A stretch of DNA of 64,000 nucleotides from an uncultured Candidatus Actinomarinales bacterium (GCA_963979435.1 CAXBVE010000003.1:254-64253); one strand, 5' to 3'; counted from the first letter of the stretch, positions 28,718 through 40,526 are shown. The notes: a model not told the origin generated them from the letters alone. Made by a program: numbers and translations.

Positions 28718-29772
28718 TGCAAATAAATAGTTTCTTAGATCTTCATACCCATACAAGATATCCTGGCAGTAAATTTATCAAACAAGAAGACATTGAACAG
28801 GCTGCTAAGAATGGGGGTTATAGTGAAATCCTTGCAATGCCTAATTCATCAAAGATAATAGACAATTTAGAGGTATTAGAGGAGGCTCGTAAACTAGACG
28901 GTTCTTTAAGTATAGAAGTTCATAGAACAGCATCACTTACTAAAGGACTGGCAGGACAAGAGCCTATTGATTACAAGAAATTAACTGAACATGGTGTGTT
29001 TATATTTACTGATGATGGATTATCTGTTGTAGATGATAATCTAGCTGAGACTATTTTTAGATCTATAAATGAAGTAGGGGCAGCAGTATTTCAACATTGT
29101 GAAAAAAGTTGTCATACGATGCCAGGTGATATTGCTCCTCCTAATGATAATTCTCATTTAAAGGCAATTCACATATCCGAAGAGACAGAAATACTAAACA
29201 GAGACCTGAAATTAGTTGAGAAATATGGAACTAGATACCACGCTCAACATCTCTCAACGATCGAAAGTGTGGAATTAATTAGAGAAGCAAAGATAAATAA
29301 TCTCCCAGTAACAGCAGAAGTTACGCCGCATCATTTGCTTGCTAACAATGAAAATTTGGATATAAGTGATGGAAAGTATAAAATGTATCCACCAATCAGA
29401 ACTGAAAATGATAGACTTGCACTAATTGCAGGTCTGAAAGATGGAACCATTGATGTAATTTCAACAGATCATGCACCGCATCCAAAAAATGATAAAGTAG
29501 TAAATTTTAAAGAAGCTTCGCGAGGTGTAGTTGGATTAGAGTCTTCCTTTCCCATGCTTTACTCGTCAAAAATATTTAACTTAGATGATTTAGTAATGTT
29601 TTTAGATATAAATCCAAGAAAAATACTTACAGACATTGGTTACAAAATAAATCAAATGAGAACTTTTGAGTGGAAAATTTGTGATAAAGAATTTTATACA
29701 ATTTCAGAACCAAAAAATTCATTATTTGAAGGCAATAAAACATTAATTGAAACTGACGGTATTTATGTATAA
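28717..29772 (+). CDS. pyrC: dihydroorotase (trimmed, 351 aa)
   Basis: DLHTHTR, AMPNS, TAEVTPHHLL and DHAPH motifs. Lacks the N- and C-terminal extensions of about 430-aa type I enzymes. Confidence 0.75.
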   Translation: MQINSFLDLHTHTRYPGSKFIKQEDIEQAAKNGGYSEILAMPNSSKIIDNLEVLEEARKLDGSLSIEVHRTASLTKGLAGQEPIDYKKLTEHGVFIFTDDGLSVVDDNLAETIFRSINEVGAAVFQHCEKSCHTMPGDIAPPNDNSHLKAIHISEETEILNRDLKLVEKYGTRYHAQHLSTIESVELIREAKINNLPVTAEVTPHHLLANNENLDISDGKYKMYPPIRTENDRLALIAGLKDGTIDVISTDHAPHPKNDKVVNFKEASRGVVGLESSFPMLYSSKIFNLDDLVMFLDINPRKILTDIGYKINQMRTFEWKICDKEFYTISEPKNSLFEGNKTLIETDGIYV

Positions 29773-30862
29773 AAAAGCTTTATTAATAAATCAAGAAGGA
29801 AAAGAGTTTACAGGTTGGACAACAGAAGACTTTCGTCCATCAACTGGAGAGCTTATATTTAATACTGCAATGACTGGATTTGTTGAAATTTTAAGTGATC
29901 CCTCTTATATGAATCAAATAATAACTTTCACATCATCCCATATTGGGAATTATGGACTATCTAAAACTGACTTTGAATCTGAAAGACCAAGAGTCAATGG
30001 TGCGATTGGAACTAGTTTCACAACTAGCCCGTCATCCTGGAGAGCTGAGCAATCAATAACTTCCTGGCTTAAAGAATATGAGATACCATATTCAGGGGGG
30101 TTTGATGTTAGGTCGATAACTTCTTACCTTAGGGATGTAGGTTCTAGTATGTTTGCATTTGGTACTGGCCTAAATTCTTCTGAACTAAAAGAATTACTTG
30201 AGAAATCAACAAACATTATCGGGGACAACTCCGCACTTACAGCTGGCAGAAGTAAATATGATACGAATTCAACAAGAAATAAAATAGGAATTTTAGACCT
30301 AGGAGCTAAACAAAGTATTATCAATGTAATTAAAAACTTTGGGTTTGAATGTATATTTGTAGATCCAAAAACCACTGCTCAAGATATTATCTCACTTGAA
30401 TTAAGTGGCTTGATTATCTCAAATGGTCCCGGTGATCCGCGATCTTTAATCAATGTAGTCGACACAGTAAGAGAGCTTATTGGAAAATTACCTTTATTTG
30501 GTATTTGCCTAGGACACCAAATCCTGAGTCTTGCGTGCGGATTAAATGTAAAAAAACTTAATTTTGGTCATCATGGTTCAAATCATCCGGTAATGGTAAG
30601 TGGCATTAAGAACGCTCTTATTACTTCACAGAACCATGGGTTCACAGTTGAATTCCCAGAGAATGAATTTAAGCATTCAAATTTTGGAAAGATCACTGAA
30701 TATGCAGTAAACCTAAATGATAGGAGTAATGAAGGAATCTCTATATGGGAATCAAATGCTTACTCTGTACAATTTCATCCTGAATCTGGTCCTGGAACAA
30801 CTGATGGCTTAAAACTATTTGATCCTTTTTTCCAAATGTTAGGAAGTAAAGTTGGCAATTGA
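29765..30862 (+). CDS. carA: carbamoyl-phosphate synthase small (glutaminase) subunit (ATG 29765 preferred over track start 29747)
   Basis: [16 protein letters not shown]-terminus like CarA. GATase catalytic GICLGHQ. Confidence 0.85.
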   Translation: MYKKALLINQEGKEFTGWTTEDFRPSTGELIFNTAMTGFVEILSDPSYMNQIITFTSSHIGNYGLSKTDFESERPRVNGAIGTSFTTSPSSWRAEQSITSWLKEYEIPYSGGFDVRSITSYLRDVGSSMFAFGTGLNSSELKELLEKSTNIIGDNSALTAGRSKYDTNSTRNKIGILDLGAKQSIINVIKNFGFECIFVDPKTTAQDIISLELSGLIISNGPGDPRSLINVVDTVRELIGKLPLFGICLGHQILSLACGLNVKKLNFGHHGSNHPVMVSGIKNALITSQNHGFTVEFPENEFKHSNFGKITEYAVNLNDRSNEGISIWESNAYSVQFHPESGPGTTDGLKLFDPFFQMLGSKVGN

Positions 30863-33800
30863 TAAAAGTATAAAAAGTATTTTAATTATAGGTGCTGGAC
30901 CAATCGTCATTGGCCAAGCATGTGAATTTGATTATTCAGGATCTCAAGCTGCTAAAGCATTGAAGAGTGAGGGCTATAAAGTAATTTTAGTTAACTCTAA
31001 CCCAGCAACAATAATGACAGATCCTTCTATGGCAGATGCAACATATATAGAACCTCTTACTACAAAGTTTCTAGAAAGGATTATTGAGAAAGAAAGACCG
31101 GATGCAATACTTCCAACCTTAGGTGGTCAAACAGCACTAAATCTAGCAATGGCCTTGTACGAAGATGGTGTGTTCGAAAAATTTAACGTAAAAATTTTAG
31201 GTGCTTCGGCTTCCTCAATTGAAATAGCTGAAAATAGATGGAAATTTAAAGAAGCAATGGAGAAAGTAGGAATCGCAACTCTAAAGGCGCATTATGTAAA
31301 AACAGTTGATGAGGGAATCGTTGCAGGCGCACAAATTGGTTATCCACTCATGCTTCGACCATCATATATTTTAGGAGGTGGTGGAACGGGTTTGGTCTAT
31401 GGAGATGAAGAACTAGTAGAGAAACTTGAAAATGCATTTAAGGCTTCTCCTACTCAGGAAGTATTAATTGAAGAATCAATCTACGGGTGGAAAGAATTCG
31501 AACTTGAAGTGATGAGGGACAATGATGGAAATGGTGTAATAATATGTGGGATTGAGAACATAGACCCAATGGGTATACATACTGGAGACTCAATAACTGT
31601 TGCTCCTATCCAAACTCTCTCTGATAAAGAATATCAACTTATGAGAGATGAAGCACTTTTGTGTCTTGAAACCATTGGAATCGCTACTGGGGGAAGCAAT
31701 GTTCAATTCGCAGTGAATCCTCAAAATGGTGAAAGACGTGTGATTGAGATGAATCCGAGGGTTTCAAGATCTTCTGCACTAGCTTCAAAAGCAACAGGTT
31801 TTCCAATTGCCAAATTTGCAGCACTGCTTGCAGTTGGATATAACCTAACAGAGCTAACTAATGATATAACAGGTTCTACACCAGCTAGTTTCGAGCCAGT
31901 TCAAGACTACGTTGTAGTAAAGATTCCGCGTTTTGATTTCCCTAAATTTCCATCAACAGACGATGTGCTGGGCACTTCAATGCAAAGTGTAGGTGAAGTT
32001 ATGTCTATGGCTTCTACTTTTACCGAAAGTTTAACAAAAGCAATAAGATCGCTTGAGATAGGTAAAACAGGGATAAGAAATATAGATAATCGCTTTATAA
32101 ACTTAGACAGGTTAGAACTTGAAAAAGAAATAGCTGTACCTCGACCGAGACGAATTTTTGCAGTACTAGAAGCTTTAAGAAGAAACTGGAGTGTTTCCAA
32201 GATTTCTAATCTCAGTTATATTGACGAATGGTTTTTATTTGAAATTGAAAAAAGTTTTAACGTTAATCAAGAAACAACACCAACGACAATTTTAAAAATG
32301 CTTGGTTGGACTGAAGACGATATAGATATCAAAGATATTAAAGATGAACTTTCAAAAAATAGAGTTTATAAACTTGTAGACACTTGTTCAGCTGAATTTT
32401 CATCAATTACACCATACCTTTACTCAACAACCGGAACAGAAGATGATGATATTTCTAGTAATAAAGAAAAAGTAGTGGTAATCGGCTCAGGGCCAAACAG
32501 AATAGGACAGGGTATAGAGTTTGATTATTGCTGTGTACATGGTGTTGATGCTCTCAAAGAAAATGGATATGAGGCAATAATGATAAATTCAAATCCAGAA
32601 ACTGTCTCGACTGATTATGACACAGCCGATAAATTGTACTTTGAGCCATTGAATTGGCAGGAGGTTGAAGCTGTCTTATTGAGGGAAAATCCAAAGTCCG
32701 TAGTCATCCAACTAGGCGGACAGACACCTCTTAAATTAGCAGAAAAAATTGTTGAAAAAGGATACACTATTGCTGGCTCCAGTATTGAAGTTATAGATTC
32801 AACTGAGGATAGAGAGTTATTCCAAAAACTTTGTACCAAAGAAAATATAAAACAACCAATCTCAAATATTGCAGCAAATGTAAAAGAATTATCAGATTCA
32901 GTTACTCAGATAGGATATCCTGTCTTACTTCGGCCGAGTTATGTTTTAGGGGGAAGAGCTATGAGGGTCGTTAATAACGAAACTGAACTTAGTAACTACT
33001 TAGATGTACTTTCAAAAAGTGATGAAGATGGGAATCCGTTCAATTCAGGCCCTCTGTTAGTGGATGAATACCTTACCAATGCCATAGAAATTGACGTTGA
33101 TTTAATTAGCGATGGTACTGATGTAGTTATTGCTGGAATACTTGAGCATCTTGAGCCAGCTGGTGTTCATAGTGGTGACTCTACTGCGGTACTGCCTCCT
33201 TATAGTATTGAAGAAAATATGCTAGCTGAGATTCGAGATAAAAGTATAAAACTTGCTCTGAGTCTAAATGTAAGAGGCTTGCTTAACATCCAGTTTGCAA
33301 TAAAAGAAAATGAACTATACATATTAGAGGCTAACCCAAGAGCTTCAAGAACAATGCCTTTTGTTGCAAAAGTAACAAAAAATCAAATTATTAAAGCAGG
33401 AACACTCATTATGTTGGGGCATAAAATAAAAGATATCCTCAAAGATACAGATTATTTAAGTTCAAAAACTAACAAAATAGCAGTAAAAAAAGCAATCTTT
33501 CCCTGGTCCAGGTTTCCTGCGGAAGATACTATGCTTGGCCCCGAAATGAAGGCAACTGGGGAAGTTTTAGGAATTGGAAGTAAATTAGGCATTGCTTTGA
33601 ATAAAGCTTATGCAGCAGCAGGAGTAGAAATTGGAGTAAAGCAACAAGGGATTTTTATTACCTTGAGCGATGAAGATAAGAATAAATTCTTAAAAACAAT
33701 TAGAAAATATAAAGATTTAAAATTTAAGATTTATGCAACTGAAGGAACCTCTGAGTTTCTGTCAAAAAACAACATTGAATCAATAAAAGTTGGGAGGGCA

Positions 33801-34034
33801 GATGATGAAGCGCCTACTTCTCTAACAATCATGGAGAAAGATCTTATATCTGTGGTTATAAATACTCCAACTTTTGCAAATGAATATACCGATGGGTGGA
33901 AAATTAGGAGGCTAGCTCACGATTCGGGAGTAGCAGTTGTATCTTCAGTAAGAGAAGCTGAAGCTTTCATTGAAGCATATGTTGAAAATAATAATGCATT
34001 AGTTGATATAGGGGCGATCCAAGATGTCAGTTAA
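30852..34034 (+). CDS. carB: carbamoyl-phosphate synthase large subunit
   Basis: 1060 aa with two ATP-grasp halves and a C-terminal MGS-like domain. Confidence 0.9.
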   Translation: MAIDKSIKSILIIGAGPIVIGQACEFDYSGSQAAKALKSEGYKVILVNSNPATIMTDPSMADATYIEPLTTKFLERIIEKERPDAILPTLGGQTALNLAMALYEDGVFEKFNVKILGASASSIEIAENRWKFKEAMEKVGIATLKAHYVKTVDEGIVAGAQIGYPLMLRPSYILGGGGTGLVYGDEELVEKLENAFKASPTQEVLIEESIYGWKEFELEVMRDNDGNGVIICGIENIDPMGIHTGDSITVAPIQTLSDKEYQLMRDEALLCLETIGIATGGSNVQFAVNPQNGERRVIEMNPRVSRSSALASKATGFPIAKFAALLAVGYNLTELTNDITGSTPASFEPVQDYVVVKIPRFDFPKFPSTDDVLGTSMQSVGEVMSMASTFTESLTKAIRSLEIGKTGIRNIDNRFINLDRLELEKEIAVPRPRRIFAVLEALRRNWSVSKISNLSYIDEWFLFEIEKSFNVNQETTPTTILKMLGWTEDDIDIKDIKDELSKNRVYKLVDTCSAEFSSITPYLYSTTGTEDDDISSNKEKVVVIGSGPNRIGQGIEFDYCCVHGVDALKENGYEAIMINSNPETVSTDYDTADKLYFEPLNWQEVEAVLLRENPKSVVIQLGGQTPLKLAEKIVEKGYTIAGSSIEVIDSTEDRELFQKLCTKENIKQPISNIAANVKELSDSVTQIGYPVLLRPSYVLGGRAMRVVNNETELSNYLDVLSKSDEDGNPFNSGPLLVDEYLTNAIEIDVDLISDGTDVVIAGILEHLEPAGVHSGDSTAVLPPYSIEENMLAEIRDKSIKLALSLNVRGLLNIQFAIKENELYILEANPRASRTMPFVAKVTKNQIIKAGTLIMLGHKIKDILKDTDYLSSKTNKIAVKKAIFPWSRFPAEDTMLGPEMKATGEVLGIGSKLGIALNKAYAAAGVEIGVKQQGIFITLSDEDKNKFLKTIRKYKDLKFKIYATEGTSEFLSKNNIESIKVGRADDEAPTSLTIMEKDLISVVINTPTFANEYTDGWKIRRLAHDSGVAVVSSVREAEAFIEAYVENNNALVDIGAIQDVS

Positions 34035-34662
34035 ACCAATCTTCTTTGCCTTAGATGGGAAACATTTAGATAATTTCTCAAGAGAGCTAGAAATCTTAAA
34101 AGGAAATATATATGGAGTAAAAGTAGGCTTAGAGATGTTTACTTCAGAAGGTCCGTCTTCAGTTGAAAAGTTAAAAAAAGATGGATGGACTGTTTTTCTA
34201 GATTTAAAATTACATGATATTCCAAATACAGTTCAAGCTGCAGCTATAAGTGCTGGAAATATAGGTGCTGACTATTTAACTATTCATATAGCGTCCGGAA
34301 AAGAAACATTACTTGCAGCCAAAGAAAGTAAACCTGAAAATCTAAAACTGCTTGGTGTTAGCACTGCGCTTACCAGCAAAGCTTATAGTCCTGAAATAAG
34401 CCAAAGAGTATATGAAGAGTTCCTACTTGCGAAAGAGTCAAAAATAGATGGTGTCATTTGCCCTCCTTCTGAACTATTTAAAACTAAAGAATTATTTGAC
34501 CTTATTGTTACTCCCGGAATACGTTTAAAGAATGATGACAGTCACGATCAGAAAAATATTACTACTCCTGAAAAAGCCATAAGAGATGGTGCAAGTTATT
34601 TAGTGATGGGAAGGTCTATAAGGCAAAATATTAATTATGTAGTCGAAAAACTTAAGCTATGA
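34024..34662 (+). CDS. pyrF: orotidine 5'-phosphate decarboxylase
   Basis: [13 protein letters not shown] catalytic motif. Confidence 0.8.
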   Translation: MSVKPIFFALDGKHLDNFSRELEILKGNIYGVKVGLEMFTSEGPSSVEKLKKDGWTVFLDLKLHDIPNTVQAAAISAGNIGADYLTIHIASGKETLLAAKESKPENLKLLGVSTALTSKAYSPEISQRVYEEFLLAKESKIDGVICPPSELFKTKELFDLIVTPGIRLKNDDSHDQKNITTPEKAIRDGASYLVMGRSIRQNINYVVEKLKL

Positions 34663-35336
34663 AAAAGTTCATTTCTGCCCCATTTGGTAATTACATCAAA
34701 ACAAAAAAAACTATTTCGGTTTCAGGAAGTTGGACAATTGAAAAAAGAACTGGTCGTATTGTGCAGATTGCAAAAACTCTAAGATACACAAAACGTGGCT
34801 GGGTTAATAAAATTGGCCTTAGAAATCCAGGAATTGAAAAAGGCATTCCTCAACATGAAGATGGGCACGTATTGTCGATAGCTGGAATCGAAAAAGATGA
34901 CTGGATTAAATTTTCAGATAAAATCCCAGATAATTTTAATTTAGAAATTAATATGTCATGTCCTAATATTGATGAACACTACACAGATGGGATAGAAAGC
35001 TTTGATCCTACTTCAAGAGAATGGTTTATTGGTAAAATCTCACCACTTACTACTTTTAAAGAACTTGAATATTTTATTAATGTACTTAAATTTAAACAAA
35101 TCCATGCTTGTAATACCTTGCCGGTTGAAAAAGGAGGGTTGAGTGGGAAAGAACTTATTCCATATACAACAAAATTCATAACGCATATTAAAAATAACTA
35201 TCCAGAGATATCAATAATTGCAGGTGGGGGAATTTATACTAAAAAAGACATAGAGTACTATCAAGATATCGGTGCAGATCATATAAGTCTGGGAACTGTT
35301 TGCTTTAATCCGCTAAAATTAAGAAAGTTGTTATGA
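34659..35336 (+). CDS. pyrD: dihydroorotate dehydrogenase-like protein, unusually short (225 aa)
   Basis: Class-1 motifs NMSCPN (Cys base), TIEKRTG (FMN Lys region) and IIAGGGI. About 85 aa shorter than class 1A enzymes. No pyrK nearby. Confidence 0.55.
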   Translation: MKKFISAPFGNYIKTKKTISVSGSWTIEKRTGRIVQIAKTLRYTKRGWVNKIGLRNPGIEKGIPQHEDGHVLSIAGIEKDDWIKFSDKIPDNFNLEINMSCPNIDEHYTDGIESFDPTSREWFIGKISPLTTFKELEYFINVLKFKQIHACNTLPVEKGGLSGKELIPYTTKFITHIKNNYPEISIIAGGGIYTKKDIEYYQDIGADHISLGTVCFNPLKLRKLL

Positions 35337-35689
35337 ACTTATTTATTAAAGAAGATTTTATTTCTCATGCAGGATTGCCTCTAACATGGAAAGTTGAATG
35401 TGATGCATTAAGTGATAGTGATTATGAGGCTTTAGCAAAGATTGTTAGTGAAAAAATTACTTTTAGAGCTGTAAGAGGTATTCCTAGAGGAGGAATCCCC
35501 TTTGAAAAGGCACTTAAACAATACTGTACCAATGATCCTGCCGATCCTCTTTTAATTGCAGATGATGTTTATACCACTGGAACATCAATGAGAGAAGTCT
35601 ACGAAGATGGTGCGATAGGAATAGTGGTTTTTGCCAGAAATGAAATAAAAGATGACTGGATTAGAGCTATTTGGCAGATATCTATTTGA
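35333..35689 (+). CDS. minimal type I phosphoribosyltransferase-fold protein (118 aa), possibly a reduced orotate PRTase
   Basis: PRPP-binding motif LLIADDVYTTGTSMREV. Position after pyrD in the pyr operon. Confidence 0.45.
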   Translation: MNLFIKEDFISHAGLPLTWKVECDALSDSDYEALAKIVSEKITFRAVRGIPRGGIPFEKALKQYCTNDPADPLLIADDVYTTGTSMREVYEDGAIGIVVFARNEIKDDWIRAIWQISI

Positions 35690-35690
35690 T

Positions 35691-36554
35691 ATGACAATAA
35701 ATAAATATACAACTTCTCTAGATGGACTAATCATAGAAAATCCTGTTAAGAGTTTTTTTGATTACTGTATAGAAAGAGAGAATATTCGTCTAAAGAGAGA
35801 AAAGGGAGAAATCTTCCCTTGGAGTGATGATGAAATTTTTCAAAAAGGAAGATTTTTAAATGTTTTTAGAGAAGATGATAAAGTCAGTAAATCTATAATA
35901 TCATTTGCCGAACCCCTGAAAAATGATCTCCCAAGACTAATTCAAGCATTATTTTTTGGAAGATGGTGCAATCGTCAGGAGACACTAGATCAATTAAATC
36001 ATCAAGACTTAGAAAGTACTGATGCTCTTAGAGTGAAACTTTCAAAGTCCACACAATGGGAAAACTTTAATGCCTACCCCGTCCAAGATGTAATGTGGAT
36101 GGGAAAAACCTACAACAGATTAGATACTGCTACTTATCTTTTTAATGAGATCAAGGAAGATCTTGTAGATATTATTTTAAATTCAGAATTAGATGTTATC
36201 AAAGCAACAAACAATATAAATGAGTTATTTAAAATGGAGAATGACTTCCCTATTTTCATGGCCTTAATAGATATTGCCTGGTTTAGAGAGGATGTGATTC
36301 CAATTACCTCCGAAGTTCCAACAGGGATAGGTGCACAGCCCTACTTAGACAGACTAGAAGATTATTTAGGCTTAGATAACCATCAAGATGTTGCAACTAA
36401 GATGATTTCATTACAACAAGAATACTGGCCAACCGCAAAAAGAGAATTCTATCCTATAGATATTGAATACCAATCCTGTGAATGTAGAAAATATTTTAGT
36501 TATGTAAATGGTACAAAGAAATTTGAAGGTAAAAATCTTTTAATAATTGATTAG
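35691..36554 (+). CDS. hypothetical protein (288 aa) appended to the pyr operon, unknown family
   Basis: Continuous ORF. No motif I recognise. ATG 35691 follows the upstream stop by 1 nt (track start 35652 overlaps). Confidence 0.5.
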   Translation: MTINKYTTSLDGLIIENPVKSFFDYCIERENIRLKREKGEIFPWSDDEIFQKGRFLNVFREDDKVSKSIISFAEPLKNDLPRLIQALFFGRWCNRQETLDQLNHQDLESTDALRVKLSKSTQWENFNAYPVQDVMWMGKTYNRLDTATYLFNEIKEDLVDIILNSELDVIKATNNINELFKMENDFPIFMALIDIAWFREDVIPITSEVPTGIGAQPYLDRLEDYLGLDNHQDVATKMISLQQEYWPTAKREFYPIDIEYQSCECRKYFSYVNGTKKFEGKNLLIID

Positions 36555-36985
36555 TTAGATAGCTTATTAATCCGTCTTAAATATCTTTCCTCTTTTGTAA
36601 ACATTGCTTCAAGAAAAGCTGAAATTATATCCATTGCATCTTCACTGTTAATGTTATTAGATCCAAGTGAAAGAACATTTACATTGTTATGTTCAACACT
36701 CTGTATAGCTGTTGCTTTGTCGTTTACATTTGCAGCACGTATCCCAGCAAACTTATTTGCAGCTATTGACATACCGACTCCACTACCGCAAATCAATATA
36801 CCTCTGTAGTCTTGATTTTCAAGGATATACTCACAAACTTTGGATGCATAATCAGGAAAGTCACAACTTTCAATAGAGTTAGTACCAAAATCATTTACAA
36901 CAATATTGCTGTCTAATTTATTAAGGATGTAATTTTTTAACTCATATCCAGCATGGTCTGAGGCAATAGCAACTTTTGTAAACAT
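36551..36985 (-). CDS. rpiB: ribose-5-phosphate isomerase B
   Basis: VAIASDHAGYELK ... ILICGSGVGMSIAANK pattern of RpiB/LacAB. Confidence 0.8.
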   Translation of the reverse strand: MFTKVAIASDHAGYELKNYILNKLDSNIVVNDFGTNSIESCDFPDYASKVCEYILENQDYRGILICGSGVGMSIAANKFAGIRAANVNDKATAIQSVEHNNVNVLSLGSNNINSEDAMDIISAFLEAMFTKEERYLRRINKLSN

Positions 36986-38355
36986 TAAATAAGTTTTTCG
37001 ATATCCAAAAGATTATCTATTTCATCTTCTGACAGTAGAGCTTTCTCTAGAAGTACTTTTTTAATAGTATTATTTGTTGCGACAGCTTCTTTTGCAATTT
37101 CAGCTGCAGTGTCATATCCAAGTTTGGGAACTAAAGCCGTAACTAGAATGGAATTCTTTTGTATATTTTCATCTAATTTTTCTGTGTTTGCTTCTAACCC
37201 AACTATTAATTTTTCTGTAAATGTTTTTGTACCTGTAGTAAGAATGGAAATACTCTCTAAAATATTATGGGCCATAACTGGCAACATTGTATTTAATTCA
37301 AAATTGCCATTTGCTGATGAAAATGTAATTGTAGAATCATTACCAATTACTTGTGCTGAAACCTGCATCATCATTTCAGGAATAACGGGATTTACCTTAC
37401 CGGGCATAATGGATGAACCTGGTTGAAGTGCTGGTATTTTCAATTCACCTAATCCTGATACTGGACCACTTCCCATCCATCTAATATCATTTGCTATTTT
37501 AAACAAAGATACAGCTAAAGACTTTAATGAACCTGAAAGTTGTACAATTTCTTCTCTAGCTCCCTGCCTTGTAAAATGATTTTCTACCTCTTGAAAGGAA
37601 GTTTGAAGAGATTCTTCTAATTCTTTTGAGACGTCGCTACCAAAATTTTCTGGAGCATTAATGCCAGTTCCAACCGCAGTTCCACCTATTGCAAGTTTTC
37701 GTACATTATCTAATGCATTTTGTATATCGTTAGTTCTCTCTTTAATTAAAGATGCATAACCTGAGAATTCTTGGCCAAGTGTAACTGGGGTAGCATCCAT
37801 TAAATGGGTACGTCCATTTTTATAGATTTTCTCCCAGTTTTTTGCTTTATCTGTGAGTGACTCACTTAAATTTTCTAATTCAGGTATTAATCTTTGCGAG
37901 ACTTCTAAAACAGACGCCACATTTGTAGCTGTTGGAATAATGTCATTTGAAGACTGGCTCATGTTTACGTGATCATTTGGGTGGATGGTGATACCACTCA
38001 TTTCAGATGCTAAATTTGCAATTACCTCATTGGCATTCATATTTGTAGAGGTTCCTGAACCAGTTTGAAAAATATCTAAGATAAAGTCTTCATCATGATC
38101 CCCATCAATAACCTCTTGGGCACTTTTGATAATTGCATCAGCCATGTTCTCATCAAGTAGCCCGTTTTTTTGATTTACAACTGCGCAAGCTTTCTTGATT
38201 TCAGCTAAGGATTTGATAAAAGTTCTTGAAAATCTTAATTCTGATATTGGAAAGTTATCAACAGCTCTAGCGGTTGATGCACCATATTTAGCTGACTCTG
38301 GAACTTCAAATTCACCCATTGAGTCTTTTTCTATTCTCATATTTTCTTTGTTCAA
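36985..38355 (-). CDS. fumC: class II fumarate hydratase
   Basis: GSSIMPGKVNP signature. QTGSGTS and SQSSND, which are fumarase-type rather than aspartase-type (QGGAGTS / CQSTND). Confidence 0.7.
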   Translation of the reverse strand: MNKENMRIEKDSMGEFEVPESAKYGASTARAVDNFPISELRFSRTFIKSLAEIKKACAVVNQKNGLLDENMADAIIKSAQEVIDGDHDEDFILDIFQTGSGTSTNMNANEVIANLASEMSGITIHPNDHVNMSQSSNDIIPTATNVASVLEVSQRLIPELENLSESLTDKAKNWEKIYKNGRTHLMDATPVTLGQEFSGYASLIKERTNDIQNALDNVRKLAIGGTAVGTGINAPENFGSDVSKELEESLQTSFQEVENHFTRQGAREEIVQLSGSLKSLAVSLFKIANDIRWMGSGPVSGLGELKIPALQPGSSIMPGKVNPVIPEMMMQVSAQVIGNDSTITFSSANGNFELNTMLPVMAHNILESISILTTGTKTFTEKLIVGLEANTEKLDENIQKNSILVTALVPKLGYDTAAEIAKEAVATNNTIKKVLLEKALLSEDEIDNLLDIEKLI

Positions 38356-38358
38356 ATC

Positions 38359-39054
38359 TTATTCCTGGTATTGAGTGTATCCATTCGAATCGACTTCTTC
38401 AATCAATTCTTCTCCACCAGATTTGATTACATTACCCTGAACTACTATATGAACCTGATCAACATTTAAATATTTTAAAATTCTACTGTAATGAGTAACC
38501 AAAATATAAGATGTTTCTTTGTTTCTATTTTCATTTATTAACTCTGATACGGACTTGATAGCATCAATATCCAATCCTGAATCAATCTCATCAAGTAAAG
38601 CAACTTTTGGTTTTTTTATTGCTAATTGGAATAATTCTGATCTTTTCTTCTCCCCGCCAGATAAATCTACATTTACATCCCTTGAGAGAAACTGTTCAAC
38701 ATTGAACTTTCTAGATAGTTCTAATATTTCATCATCGCTTAACTCTGGATTTATTGCATTAACGTATTCATTTAGAGTTACACCTGGAAGACCAACTGGA
38801 TATTGAAATGATTGGAAAATACCAGCACTTGATCTTTCATATTGGGGTAGTTTTGAAACATCCGTATCTCCAATTTGTATCGACCCAGATTGCTCGTAAT
38901 CTGGATTACCCATTACAGCATGGCAAAATGTTGATTTACCTGATCCATTTGGACCCATAATTGCATGAAGTTCTCCAGAAGGTACTTCCATATCAATACC
39001 TTTTAATATTTGCACTTCTCCTATGGAGACTTTTAAATTTTGAACGCTAAGCAT
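38359..39054 (-). CDS. sufC: Fe-S cluster assembly ATPase SufC (copy 2; track start 39144, conserved N-terminus favours ATG 39054)
   Basis: GPNGSGKST. LSGGEKKRSELFQLAIKKPKVALLDEIDSGLDID. Confidence 0.85.
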   Translation of the reverse strand: MLSVQNLKVSIGEVQILKGIDMEVPSGELHAIMGPNGSGKSTFCHAVMGNPDYEQSGSIQIGDTDVSKLPQYERSSAGIFQSFQYPVGLPGVTLNEYVNAINPELSDDEILELSRKFNVEQFLSRDVNVDLSGGEKKRSELFQLAIKKPKVALLDEIDSGLDIDAIKSVSELINENRNKETSYILVTHYSRILKYLNVDQVHIVVQGNVIKSGGEELIEEVDSNGYTQYQE

Positions 39055-39364
39055 CTTTTTCAACTTCGATATATATTGAATTTTCATCGGTTGTTGTTTT
39101 ATAGCAAGTAACTCCTTTAGATGCAGGCGGAGTGAGAGCCTCACCTGTTTTTAAGTCAAATTCAGCTCCGTGAGCAGGACATTCAACTTTACAGTCATAA
39201 ACTTCTCCTTCTGATAAAGATTCATCTGCATGAGAGCATTTGTCATCTATCGCAAAGAATTCCCCATCTACATTAAAAACTGCTATCTCTTTATCTTCCA
39301 CATTTATTACCTTGGACTGATTGTTGTCTAAATCGTCTATATTTAAAACTTTGATTTTACCCAT
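39047..39364 (-). CDS. Rieske [2Fe-2S] ferredoxin-like protein within the suf operon
   Basis: CSH...CPAH motifs (CSHADES / CPAHGAEF). ATG 39364 preferred over 39391. Confidence 0.7.
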   Translation of the reverse strand: MGKIKVLNIDDLDNNQSKVINVEDKEIAVFNVDGEFFAIDDKCSHADESLSEGEVYDCKVECPAHGAEFDLKTGEALTPPASKGVTCYKTTTDENSIYIEVEKDA

Positions 39365-40526
39365 TATTTGACCTCTCAAAAACATTGTCATATTTTTTTA
39401 TTAATTGTGCGGCAACTTCACTATTAATGATGTTCCAACTGTCTTTGTTTATTACTTCATTAAAAAATCCCTTAATAAGTAGTTTTTCAGCTTTTTCTTT
39501 ATTTATTCCTCTAGACATGACATAGTGATAAAGATTTTCATCAATAGGTCCCACTGATGAACCGTGTCCACAAATAACATCGTCACACAAAATTTCCATA
39601 TTAGGAACGGATTGAGCGCTTGATTTTTCACTTAAAAGAATATTTCTATTTTCCTGATGAGATTCTGTTTTAGTTGCTCCTTCAGCAATATGAATAGTTC
39701 CTGTAAATATAGAGGTGCTTTCATCACCAAGTACACCTTTAGTTTGCATGTTCGAGGTTGTATTTTGTCCTAAATGATTGACAAATACTCTGTTGTCATG
39801 AACCTGTTTGTTTTCACCAAAATACACACCGTCAATATTAAAATTTGAACCATTCCCAATTAAATCTATATCCATTCGGGACCGTGAGAATGCCCCACCA
39901 GTACTTACAGTGTGAATAGAGAGACCGGAGTCTTTTTCAAGCTTTGCATAAAGTGAATTAATTAAATTGATTTCATGGGAGGAAGTAGCTTGAATAATTA
40001 GCTCTAAATTTGAATTTACATCTAAGTAAAGCTCTATCAAGGGGTATATATTACTTTTAACAAGATCACTGAAATTCATAAAGAATTTTGCAGATTTATT
40101 TTTATTAACATTAATTCCGATATACGGAATAGTGTTTTTCTCAGATTCAAAATTAATTTTGAAATAATCGACAACGTTATCATTCACATCTACTCTAAAA
40201 CCACCAGTTGCCCTGGTTATCTGCTGAAAGAGAAATTTATCAACAGGTCTTTTTATTGACTCATCAATTACAGGTGTTGCAATGTCATTTAAATCTGTAA
40301 GAACTACCCCATCTACTTCCTGATTGATATTAAAAGTGTTTCCATTTGTATTTACATGAAATCCATCTGTAGTTTCTAAATTCGTATTTTCACCTAACTC
40401 AAGATTATTAATATCTGGTTGAAGTGGGACATATTTCCAGTCCTCATTTTTTGTTGTTAAATCAACAAAGTCCTTGTTTTCTTTAGCACGAACTTTTTTA
40501 TCAATTATATTCTTGTTCAATATCAA
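39357..40526 (-). CDS. sufD: Fe-S cluster assembly protein SufD
   Basis: SufB/D-family C-terminal beta-helix region. Position between sufB and sufC. Confidence 0.75.
   Translation of the reverse strand: MILNKNIIDKKVRAKENKDFVDLTTKNEDWKYVPLQPDINNLELGENTNLETTDGFHVNTNGNTFNINQEVDGVVLTDLNDIATPVIDESIKRPVDKFLFQQITRATGGFRVDVNDNVVDYFKINFESEKNTIPYIGINVNKNKSAKFFMNFSDLVKSNIYPLIELYLDVNSNLELIIQATSSHEINLINSLYAKLEKDSGLSIHTVSTGGAFSRSRMDIDLIGNGSNFNIDGVYFGENKQVHDNRVFVNHLGQNTTSNMQTKGVLGDESTSIFTGTIHIAEGATKTESHQENRNILLSEKSSAQSVPNMEILCDDVICGHGSSVGPIDENLYHYVMSRGINKEKAEKLLIKGFFNEVINKDSWNIINSEVAAQLIKKYDNVFERSNNG

Noticed and set aside
36985-38355. Possible aspartate ammonia-lyase instead of fumarase
   Set aside because: The diagnostic segments QTGSGTS, SQSSND and GSSIMPGK match fumarase class II rather than aspartase (QGGAGTS, CQSTND, GSSIMPAK). 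fumC is retained.
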